DNA of 64,000 nt, taken from Vitrella brassicaformis CCMP3155. Lineage: Eukaryota > Protista > Chromerida. This document shows positions 49,314 through 59,944 of this stretch, one piece after another. The number at the start of each line of letters is the position of its first letter. Position 1 is the stretch's first letter. The translations under genes and the position numbers were made by a program. Under the pieces are notes generated by a model. It was not told the DNA's origin. It worked only from the letters and a program-made list of their open reading frames with translations, and did not search any database. The stretch covers positions 1 through 64,000 of the forward strand of contig CDMY01000840.1 of assembly GCA_001179505.1 (NCBI GenBank). Direction: 5' to 3'.

Positions 49314-49959
49314 TGGGTGGCTGCCGCCCAGGGAGCACAGAGCATGTACCGTTGAGGGGAGAGATGGTGACCTTGGTGTGGTGCATTTGGTCCCAGCGGT
49401 CGTGGACGGTGGTGAGGTGCCCCTCCATGATGGTGGCCGTGCGATGCTGGCCGACCTCTCCATACGCCCTCTCCCATCGGTCCTCGCCACTGGGATCGTG
49501 CACCAGTAGCTTGTACTCAATCTGGCCGCTATCAGGGACCGACTGGATGGCGATGGGCTCGCTAATCCAAATGGGCACGGTAACAGCAAACGTGGTGAGC
49601 TGCAGGGCCGTATACCACAGCTTGTCATGGTTACTGCACACGCGCACCTCCTGCCCCCAGCCGCATATGTCGGTGGAGACCTCGGCGACGAACCGCACAG
49701 CTGCGCCGTGCCCACCAGGAGACTGCAAAAACGACAAAGAAGAGAGAGAATGGTCCAGTGAGGATGCACCCGTGAATTCTTGCGGCCTCACCTCCATCTG
49801 CGATGCCCGGCGATTTCCCAGCCAGGACTCCTCCGCATCACACGCCGCAGCGGCAGGCTGGCGCACCGCCGAGGGAAGAGACCCTCTCTGTTCGTCATGG
49901 CAAGCCCCTGCAGTCGGGGCTCCCTCCTCCTCCTTCACCCGCACATCTGCCTTGATCAT
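48060..49959 (-). CDS. CBM20 (starch-binding)-like domain protein with a helical C-terminus and no catalytic domain seen
   Basis: VRFVAEVSTDICGWGQEVRVCSN...PIWISEPI...IEYKLLVHDPSGEDRWE...HRTATI follows the CBM20 pattern (GQ.V.V, W, EYK, WE). Further short GT-AG-bounded exons run to the stop at 48060. Confidence 0.65.
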
Positions 49960-50453
49960 GCTAGCAGCAGTCTGCCTTGAAGAGGAGAGTCACGGCGAGT
50001 GACGAGATTCTCTCCGACGGCGGGACAAACCCAAACCCTGCAAACCCTGCAAACCGATAATTCTTCAGTTCAGTTTTTCCGCCCTCGCTGCCATTCCCGC
50101 TGCCCCCGCTCACATCTCCTCCCACCCTTCGTCTTTAGGGCTCGCCCTCGTCTGGTGTGGCTGGCCTCAGCCCCTCCCAAGCCTCCCAAGTAGACGCGTC
50201 GTCCGCCGCTGTTTCTCCCAACCCAAGAGGGCTCAACAAACGGCGCCCGCCCTCTGCGGGACACCTGGCGTCTGCCTGTCAGCCGCAGAGCGCACGAGCC
50301 TCTTCTTCCTTACAAGAAACCTCTATCAGGTCAGCACATATTCTACTTTATGACGTGTTGTGTGATGTGTGGCTCGTGTGTGCCGGCGCGAGGAATTCCG
50401 TATACGAGTGCATCGTCTCGTGACGCCCATTTGATGGCCTCCTACAGCGTGCT

Positions 50454-51783
50454 ATGCCCTTGTGCCGTGCGGCTCGTGCGAGAAGAATTCGTGGCCTATT
50501 TTGTCATCACCCCGCCCCTTTCTCGACAGAGTCCTCATTCAGCCCAACTGATGTGGTAAGTAACATGAATCAGCCGGGCTTCACGCGTGATGAACAAGGG
50601 GGTCCCGGCTGTGCATGGATGATCTTCTCCTCTTTTTCTTTGCAGTACGTTGCGTCCAACCCCCAGAGTGCGCTGGCGCTGCAGAAGGTCGTGGCCAACC
50701 CCACCCTACCGCCTGTGCAGGTGAGAGACTGACGGATGCATGGGTACAGCACCACACAGATCTCCATGGGTCTTTGTGTCGCCCTGTGTGTACCTGCTGG
50801 TGCGATGCGCACGGCACGAGCGGCGGGATGTGGACGAATGCGGCGACACCCGGCACGCACCAGCCGTTCGCCTACTCAGACATGCAGGTGAGGGGGTGAG
50901 GATCACGGTAAATTGACGAGAGCGACATATGCCTTGCCTGTCGGCGGGGAGAGGCCACCCTCTGTCTGTCGGGCGATCGATGTGTCATTTCAGGGGGCTC
51001 ACGGCACGGCTGGCGGGGGCGGCGGAGGCAGCGTCGGACACACATACGTATCGCAGCAAAGCAGCAAGGTAAGCACCCGCCAAACACATGTCACACCCAC
51101 ACACCCACGCACGAATGCCGTCTTTGTCCTGTGTGCATGTGTGTATAGGTAGCGGGTGTTGGATTCGGTGTTGGTTCCAGTGCCGGTGTTGGATTCGGTG
51201 CTGGCACTGAGGTAAGAGTTCCACCTCCCACCCACACCACCACACGCCAGCCACCATGTGTCATTCTGTGTGTGAGGTGTCTCCAGGTGCGCGTGCAGAC
51301 TCCGCAGTGTGTGTTCCCGCCGCTGCCCGTGGTCAGCCCCCCATCGGTGGACGGCAGCCTCCACGCCAAGACCAATGATGAGATCACCGCAGACGTCCGC
51401 GGCCGGGTGAGGCTTACACCACACCTTACAAGCCATCCGACACAAAGCAAAGCGGCATGTGTGCAGGTCGAATGGATCGCCCCCGGTGCGTCGTCGTCGA
51501 GTATGTCATCGTCCCAAACACCGGGACCCATAGTCCAAGGTGAGAATGCCACTCACACACACACACATACACCCCTTACCGTGTTTTGGTTTGTTTGACA
51601 CAGCTGAGAGTGCGCCACACCAGTGCCGCATGTGGTGCTACTGAAGCTTAGCCACATTGCGCCGACCCATGTGCTCGAGAAGAAGGTCGATGAAGACGAC
51701 ACAGAAATGTCTACTCTGGACGGCGTGCAGTACAAGAATGTGGGAGGCAAGGAGTACGTGCCGCCCGACGGCTACTTCTCCTG
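50454..51783 (+). CDS. Hypothetical multi-exon protein; exon frames and end uncertain
   Basis: Several exon-like blocks bounded by GT/AG and separated by CA/TG-rich introns. No family recognised. Confidence 0.35.
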
Positions 51784-53257
51784 AGCATACACATACAAAG
51801 ACAGACATACACGCACATATACACACCACGTCTGTGAGACACAGATAGAAATGCGTTCACACATGGATATCGGGCGACTGCGTGAGGGGGTAGTTGTGTT
51901 CTTGTCAGGGGGCATGTGCGGCTGTGTTGTTGTCTGCATAGGCTGGTGTGCCGTCCGTGAGCTTTTCCCCTGAACACTCCCCTCTCTCCTTTTCCTTTTC
52001 TGACCCCATCCCCCCCTCCCCTACCCTGCCGGCCACCGAATTTTCAAAGAAACTGAATGCACGGCCCCCTGCCTTGCTGTGTGCGTGTGTTGCATCCGAC
52101 ACTAAAACCGAATACGCACACGCACAGGCATGTACAGCGTTGCATGGATGGATTGGGCCCGTGAGGGCGAAGGGGGGTGAGGGCAGAGGGGTGTGTCGCT
52201 ACCGCACTGCATGCGCGTGTGTGGTTGAAAGACAGATGTCAGTGCCTGCCGTCGGTCTCGCTATCTCGCTTCCTTTCTCTCCACCGGTTCTTCCATACCA
52301 TACCATCCATGTGTGTGACCGTCCGAGTGTATGTGTGTTGTGTGTGTCCCGCTTGTGCTGAGGAGCGAGCCGTGCTGATGCCACTGCTGGCCATCCATCC
52401 CGATCCCAAGCCAGCGACGTCATGGGCCGCCAAGATGGAGGCGAGACAGGTACTGTACATGTGTGTGTACAGAAGCCCAGCATGTCTCCTCCTTTTTCTC
52501 TGTGTGTCTCTGTAGGAAGTTAATCGGTGCCTACATTTTATATCCTGGCGACTCTTTGCTCTCTTTGCCGCGCAAGACACCCATCAGCACGGCTGCATCA
52601 TGTGTAAGCGCCAACCCACGGCAATCGGCCTTATGCTCGTGTCTCACGGCTCTAGGCGTACAAATCGCTGTCTTCGTCGGATTTGTACGGCGGCGCAGTG
52701 GCGGCAATCGGACGACTGCTAAATTCTGTGAGAGGATGAGACATTCAGAAGTCACGCACACACACCAGTGAGAAAGAGGCCCGTCTCTGTGTAACCTTCA
52801 TGCCGGTGCCTGCCTGTCAGGGGTGTTCGGTGTCCGTGGTGCAGCGGCGAGAATCGCCTGATCGCCGCTGCTTACACCCGTTGTCTGCCCCGCAGGCCTT
52901 TCATCGCTGCTTACATTTTATATCCATTGACCGTTTTGTTTTCTTTGCCGCACTTGATACAGGATGAAAGAGCGAGTGAGACGCACGCACTATACATGAG
53001 TTGACCTCTGTCGACAGATAAACGGGACAAATCAATGGGGCCTAGCTAGGTAGCATAGCCTTCAATCCCTTCCTTCATCTGGCCACTGACTGGACCGGCC
53101 ACAAACACACAAACACCCCACCCCGCCTGGCCCCATACACAGAGTGCGTTGCGTTTGGACCACATCACATGATCACATGACATCACACGTATGTCAGTCT
53201 GAGCACTGAGGTCAATCAAGGAATGCAACCCCACGGCGGATGCGATGCGGCTCGCGA

Positions 53258-53386
53258 GCGACACGATATTTTGAAGGACGAGCTGCACAGATTCATCAAT
53301 CAGGTCGGCTGCGCGGCCGACCTGAATCTGTCGGCTGCGCGGCCTACCTGAATCTGTGCAGCTTGTCCTTCGAAATCCCGTGTCGC
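53258..53386 (+). other. Long imperfect inverted repeat (foldback); candidate structured RNA or MITE-like element
   Basis: Arms 53258-53295 and 53349-53386 (38 bp, 4 differences, two of them G-U on the + strand). An inner stem caggtcggc/gccgacctg and a 26-bp tandem duplication lie between them. Confidence 0.8.
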
Positions 53387-53506
53387 ACAGCCACCAACCA
53401 ACAAAGCAAGACAAGGCCCCTAACATGCAAGACACGCAGAATGTTCCGTCCATCGACACACACAATGACACTTACACCTACAGGTAGGTGTGCATCCGTC
53501 CGCTCT

Positions 53507-56500
53507 TCACATGACGCCCGCTCCTACAGTGTGTGGCACCGTCTGTGGTGCAGCCGGCCTGGCTGCTGCTGGCACAGGGGGTGGCGGTGCCTGGTTCAGC
53601 AAAGACAGCTCGGGGTCCTCCTCGCCCTCAGCCAACACAGACCAACCATACGCCGCCTGCAATCAACGCACAATGGACATGATTGATTTGCACCACACCC
53701 CATGTCTGTGTGGGCACCATAGATACCTGCAGTGAAGCGGGTGGTGGCCTGGGGTCATCGCTGTTCATGTACCAGAACATCTCCCTCACACCATAGCCAC
53801 GATGCCCGCCAACAGCCGGCCCCACTGACGGCGGCCGCGACGAGCCGCTCGCCCCGCCCTGGATGCTCCAGGTGTCCAAAGGCGGCAGACGAGACGACGA
53901 CCCGGGCTGTGGGTTGAAGAGCTCCACATAGGAGTTCTTCCGCGACGGTGCGGCCGTGTGTGCCGTCGACACGGCCACACTGACGCTCTTGTTCTTGTGA
54001 TGACCATGGCCGGTGCTGCTGGGCACCGGCACGCCCTCGTGAAAGCTCATCGACCCCTTTCTGTCGCGCGGAGTGATGCGCCCCCCCAGAAAGCCGCCTC
54101 GACCAGAGGAGACCGCGCTGTCTGTGGTGGTGTTGCTGGTGGTCTGGTGGACGCGGTTGTTGGATGGTGTGGGGGGCAGGGGCGGGTGGAATCGACGGAG
54201 CGACGAGAAGATGGCGTGAGAGATAGAGGGGGACTCCTTGCTGTCCTTGTTAGCGCTGCTGCCACCACGGTCCCTCCCCCTGTGGGCGCCTGGCTCCTTC
54301 TCGTCGCTCATCTCCTTGGGCGTGGTGGCCGACGACGGGACGGACGAGGGAATGCGCGCAGACAGGAAAGGGCTTACTGGTGCAGACGAGGGCGACTCCC
54401 CCGGTGTGGGTGGCTGAAGGGTCGGGGCGGGAGGGGGTGGTGCAGCCGACGTGCTGGCACCGGGCGCAAAGTTGGATGCGGAGAGGGAAGGCGCGAACGG
54501 CCTCTTGTGGAAGTGCAGCTGCGACGGGTGTGGCTGCTGCATCAGCCGGGACAAGTCGGTCCACTGCTGGGTCGTCAGGGATGAAGCCGAGTGGGGCACC
54601 GAGTCGTCGCGTGTTGACGCGCCCCCACCCTTCCTCTCCCCCTCGCCACCACCCTGCCTCCCACCACTCATGCCGCCATTGTGCCCGTACATCTCTCTGT
54701 GGCCCTCGGCCGACTGCCCTTTGCCACTCCACAGCAGGTCAAGACCCCCCGCGCCGCCATGCTGGTGTGACGACGTCCGCGAGCGCATGATCTGCAGGGC
54801 CGAGTCGTCCCGCCACAGCAGCCGGTTGTTGCTGTCGCTTCCGGCGCCTGCTGCATCGTTCATCTCGAAGGCAGGAAGGTTGGAGAGGGAGTTGACGTCC
54901 GCCCACCGCATCAAGCCCGTGGCCGCGCTGTGCGATACGGTCTTGCGTGGCTCCCTGCTGCTGTCGACGCCACGCACGCTGAGAGGCCCTGCCGCCGAGT
55001 CCTCCAGCCGCATCTTGGCCCAGGGGGTGCTCCAGGTGCCGCCGTTCATGTCGCTGGTGTTGATGGGCGGCACCTTATTGCGATTGAACCCCGGCAGTGT
55101 GAGCCTCCTGCCTCCAGTGCTGCGAGACGACCACGCCATGGGGAGTACTCCGGGTGTGGCTGAGCCGGCGGAGGCTTGTTGCGTGACGCCAGGTGGGCCG
55201 GTCCTGAACTTGTGGTGGCGGCCGCCTTTGGATGTGGCGGATGAGTACCCACTGGCCGGCCCGCGATCCCTGTCTGTCCTTGGGGCGGGAATGAACTGCT
55301 GGTGGTGGTACCGCTGCAGCAGGTAGGAGAGGTAGTCCATGACGTCCTGCTCCTCATCCTGACCACCACCCTCCTGGTCGGTCTCCAGCTCAGTGTCGGT
55401 GTCGTCCGTGTAGTCGCCGTCGATCGACGACCGCTGCAGCGGGCTCTCCGTCTGCCCGGGGCCACCACGGGGCAGACTCGCGATAGATGAGGGGGTCGAC
55501 GAGCGGTTGAGCCCGCTCTCGCGTCGTCGGGTGATGGGGCGGGTGCGCCTGACCTTGAGGTGGGGTGGGACGGGGAAGGGCAGCCGAGGGGGGGCGTGCT
55601 GTGGCTCCTTCCTGTAGGTGTAGTAGATAAGCTTGAAGTGGCTCTCGCCACGACGCAGGAAGTCGCTGATCTGCCGACGACGGACGTCAGTCAGCGCACC
55701 AGTGGAGTCGCCACGGCGGAAGAGGGCCTCCCCGTCCACATACTGCCGATACCTTAGATGAGGAAACAGACACACACGGGGGATTCTTCTCATTTCCTGG
55801 CGTGTGTGCGCGTGTGTGTTGTCCCTTTTACTTGTGCAGGTCTTCCGTGGCGACTTGTGGCGGCACCGGCAGCCTGATGCTGCTGTCCGGCGCCGCAATG
55901 AGTGCCGTTCCCGTCGGCAGCAGCTTCCCCGCCCTGTCCACGTAGCACGTCTCCTCGCCCTTGCCGATCTTCTCCTTCCACACGAGGGCCGCGCACAGCT
56001 GGGCGGCCGTGGGGCAGTCCTTGGAGGGCGGGGTGCAGTTGAGGAGTGCGCGTGAGGCGGTGAGCTTGACGCGTCGGATTGACGAGTTGATGTGGACGTG
56101 GATGCACACAGAGGAGCCGAGATTCGCCTTTTTGTCGAAGGACGTCAGCTTGTGCGGCTTGTAGTAGGAGTCGAAGAGAGAGCAGGGGGGCTCCTGGGGC
56201 TCCTGGGGAGGAGGGGAGCCCTCTGCCGCCCCCTCTCCCTCTCCCTCTTTGCTCTCAGCCACGGGCGCATCCTCCCCCTCTCCCTCCTGAGACCGTTGCT
56301 CCTCCTCTCCCTCACTCTCTGCGTCTTCTCCCTCACTCTCGTCGTCTCCCTGGTCGCTCTCGTCGTTCCAGACCACGTCGGCAATCTCGGGTCTGACGAG
56401 CTTGACGACGGGGGGGTTGTCAGCCGGGATGGAGGATGTGAGCTGGTAGACGACCTTGCGTGGTGGGTCGAGGAGCTTGAGGATGAGCAGCTGGTCGACG

Positions 56501-59500
56501 TAGAAGGCCAGGGGGCCCATCCACCAGTAGCCGGGGCTGTACTCGTCGTCGAGGGAGTCATGGTGCAGCCACGCGTCCGTGTCGACCATCCATGGCCGGG
56601 GGTCCCTCTGGAAAGACAGACAGACAGACAGGCAGCGTGCAGCCACAAGGCGGATGGGATGGGTCGGAGTGCGTGTCACGTTGGGTGTGTGCGTCCCTTC
56701 CTCCCTCCCTCCCTCCCTCCCTAGCTCACCCTAGGATCGAGCACGCCCAGGAAGACATTCATGGCCTGCTGCTTCTCGCTGTCGGCAAACGAGTTCGTGT
56801 AGTGCCTGCACACAGCAATCACCCAAACAACGCCCAGCCATATAGGTGAGGTCACTTGTCTGCCTGCGTGCCCCTCCTGTCTGTTTGTGAAGGGACAGCT
56901 TACCGTTTGAGCGAGGTGAGCAGCTCCTTGCTCTGCTTCATCATCCGCGGCCTTTCCCTTGTGTACTTTTTGTGGGCTATCGACCCGCCATATTGCAGCG
57001 ACAGATGGTCCCCCATGAGGTCATACAGCTCCGACAGGACGCTGACCACCTGGGAGTCGAAGTCGAGCTTGGGCTCGGGCAGGAAGGCCAGGGCCGCCAG
57101 CTGGTGGGCCAGCACACAGCGGCCGACGAAGAACTGCGCCACGTTGGTGCGATCGAGGCAGTCGACGCAGTTGGTCCGCATCACGCCGGTCTGGACTCTC
57201 AGGGGGCGGGTGTTGGGCCTGAGTGGGGGTGGGAAGTGGGGGCGACACACGGAGGGAGGGACGCATGTGTGTGCGTGCGTGCGTGTGTGTGTGTGTGTGA
57301 GGGGCGGTTACTTGGTGACATAGAAGAAGCCCACTCGCGTGACGATGGACTCGGCCAGCCACGACAGAGCCTGGTACACTGAGTCAGACTTGCTGCACAC
57401 ATCACATCACATCACATCACACACATTCCCTCCCACACGTGCCACTCACTGTCCGCCCATCTGTCTGTCTGTCTGTCTGTCCGTCCGTCCGTCCGTCTGT
57501 GTGAATGTGGTGTAGCCCTCACCTCCGATGTGCGTTTTTGAGGTCGTAGGCCTTGTAGAGTATCCTGGCGTCGAGGGGCAGCTCCTGGTTGAGAACGTTG
57601 ACGGCGGCCTCGAACTTCTTGCCCAGCTCGGTCTCGTCGTTGAGGTTTCTGCCGTGCTTCATCAGATTCACAACCAGGATGGGCGCCCCGTAACGGGCAA
57701 ACAAATCCTAAACACACACACACACACACACATAGATGGATGGATGGCACAGACAGAGAGGGGGAGAGAAAGGGGCTTAAGACTAACCGAGAAGTGGTTC
57801 CGCGTTGCCGTGAAGTTGGGGTCCACTTTGTGGTCTGAATGAACGCAAGGATAGGCATATGCCATCCATCCATCCATCCATCCATCGCACCCAGCTGATG
57901 CGTGCGTGCAAGGCATGGTCTTTTCAGTCTGCAGACTTACATAGTATGGGCGGCTTTGGGACCATTGCGCTGGCCTCCTGTGTCCAAAACACCGGCACCG
58001 ACGACCGGTTCTGCACGAACGCCATGGCCGCCTGAGACGTGCAGCTGCACGCACACACACACACACACACACAAACAAGGCTCAGGTCAAGACCGTGTGT
58101 TGTGTGTGTGTGATTATGTGTACCTGTCGAAGAGGATCTGTTCGGTCTCCACGTCGTTGGCCACGTTGCCCTCGGCGTTGACGCCCCTCTTTCTGTACCT
58201 CGTGCCGGCAAACAGCCGAGACCGCCGGGCGATCAGCACTATCTCGAAGGCACGACCGAAACACGAACACCCTGTTGGTGTGACGAGGGAGAAACGACGT
58301 CTGGAGTGTTTGGCGCGTAGGAGGATGTCCGTCTGTCTGTCTGTCTGTCTGTGTGGCGTACGGGCATGAGCAAAGAATCCGTGGACGATGGGCAGGCACC
58401 AGTGCGCCCAGGCCGGCGCCTCGAGGAAGCGCGCCATGAGGTGGTAGTTCCAGACGTAGCGGAACTCCTGCGCCGCCCCCCACTCGCCCATGTACTCCTT
58501 GGGGTCGGGCACGGGGATGCCCTGCGCCCTGCATGAGGCGGCCATGTAGTTGTATTGGAGGCACTTGGAGAGGTCATACGAGTGGCTGAAGTAGAAGTCC
58601 TTGGTAAGATTCAACACATTCAGCAGCTCGCGGAACCTGCAAACACACGGATTGACCGCCCCCCTCGTGTGTGCGTGGAGTGGCGTGGGTCACCTGATTT
58701 CCTCTTTGCGAGTGTCCTGAAGAGCGCTGTCGCCCGAGTCGTAGAGGGCGACGAGTGCGGTCTTCTCTATGGAGTAGACGGGGTGGTGTTCGAGCACCCG
58801 GCCGACCTTCTTGTGCTTGGTGATGATGAAAATGTAATAGCCTTGGAGGAACCGGGGGAAACCTGCACACACACACACACACACACACGCAGAGAGAGAG
58901 AGAGAGAGGGAGAGAGCAGAGAGAGAGATGCACACGGATGTCTGTGTTGTGCTGTGTGTCGTTGTGTGCTGCTCATCATGTCATCGGTCTCACTCACCGA
59001 TGATGCCGGAGCCCTCCACCACCTTCTGGAAGCCCTCGGACTCTGAACACACCACACCCAACGCGCGCATCACGTCCACGTCACGCCATGACACTGACTC
59101 TGTCTGTATAGGCCCACTGACTTTGTATGACGGCGAACCGTTCTGCGAACTCCTTCTCTGAGTAGCGGGTCTCCCCCTCCCGCATGACCAGCGTGTCCAC
59201 CGCATCGGCTGACGCACCCACACATAACATATATCACGACAAGACACTCGTGTGTGTCTGTCATGATGATGTTGTCGTGTATCGTGGTTGGTGTGTGTGT
59301 GTGTGTGTACAGTACCTACCTCTGCTGATTTTGAGGATGCTGTAGTCGTTCCTGATCTTGTCATGGCCCACCAGAAATACATGCTGCTCACAGAAACCAC
59401 ACACACACACACACACTGACTTCCCGTTCGTTCATCTGTTGGCTGGCTGCGTGTGTGTCACCCACCATGCGATTTTGGTAGACCGTGTAGCGATGGAAAG

Positions 59501-59528
59501 GGCACGGGTAGTCCTGACGCCCGAGCAT
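53507..59528 (-). CDS. FIG4: SAC-domain polyphosphoinositide phosphatase, FIG4/SAC3-like, with a long disordered C-terminal extension
   Basis: HVFLVGHDKIRNDYSILKISR, GYYIFIITKHKKVG...HPVYSIE, FYFSHSYDL, IARRSRLFAGTRYRKRG...GNVANDVETEQI, the catalytic QTGVMRTNCVDCLDRTN (CX5RT), and GDHLSLQYGGS. Confidence 0.93.
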
Positions 59529-59644
59529 CTCCTCCACTCATCTAACGGAGATCTGATGTCGATTTATTCTCGTCTTGTCGTTGCGCTCATCGTCAGACAT
59601 GGCACGTGGCGCAGTGTCTTAAGAAAACGAAATCGCTCTCATAT

Positions 59645-59670
59645 GCGAGCTGAAGAACTTTCTGCGAGCT
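59645..59670. promoter_or_regulatory. Paired GCGAGCT motif in the divergent spacer between FIG4 and the 820-aa ORF
   Basis: GCGAGCT at 59645-59651 and 59664-59670. Confidence 0.45.
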
Positions 59671-59944
59671 GGGAAAGCTGAGGCGCTTCTTCACTGCTTC
59701 CGCAGAACCTGTCACTGTTGAGCCGTGAAATCGAAGCGAAAGCTGACGTCATCGTTAGCCAGGGATCGTTAGTAGGGCACGGCAGAACGGTCCGGGGAGA
59801 TTCGTGCCGTCTGACCCCTGTTGTCGCAGACACACACACGCACAGCGCTCTCGCCTCCCTTGGTAAGACGAATCAGCTGGCATGAATGCATTCACTTGTA
59901 AGTTCTCTGGCTCTCGTCGTCTGCAGGTGTTCTAGTCAGCACAG

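Noticed and set aside
50027-50140. AAACCCTG repeats and one TTTAGGG as telomere-like or telo-box elements
   Set aside because: Too few units and not an exact telo-box match.
52520-52960. Short local duplication (tacattttatatcc...ctttgccgc at ~52530 and ~52912)
   Set aside because: About 50 bp, degenerate, and with no termini or coding signal to interpret.
53628-55898. Numerous overlapping 60-300 aa ORFs on both strands here and throughout the window
   Set aside because: They are expected in GC-rich DNA and are alternative-frame or antisense shadows of the supported exons.
12657-59528. PX-domain gene and FIG4 as a phosphoinositide gene cluster
   Set aside because: They are ~38 kb apart with unrelated genes between them; no evidence of functional clustering.
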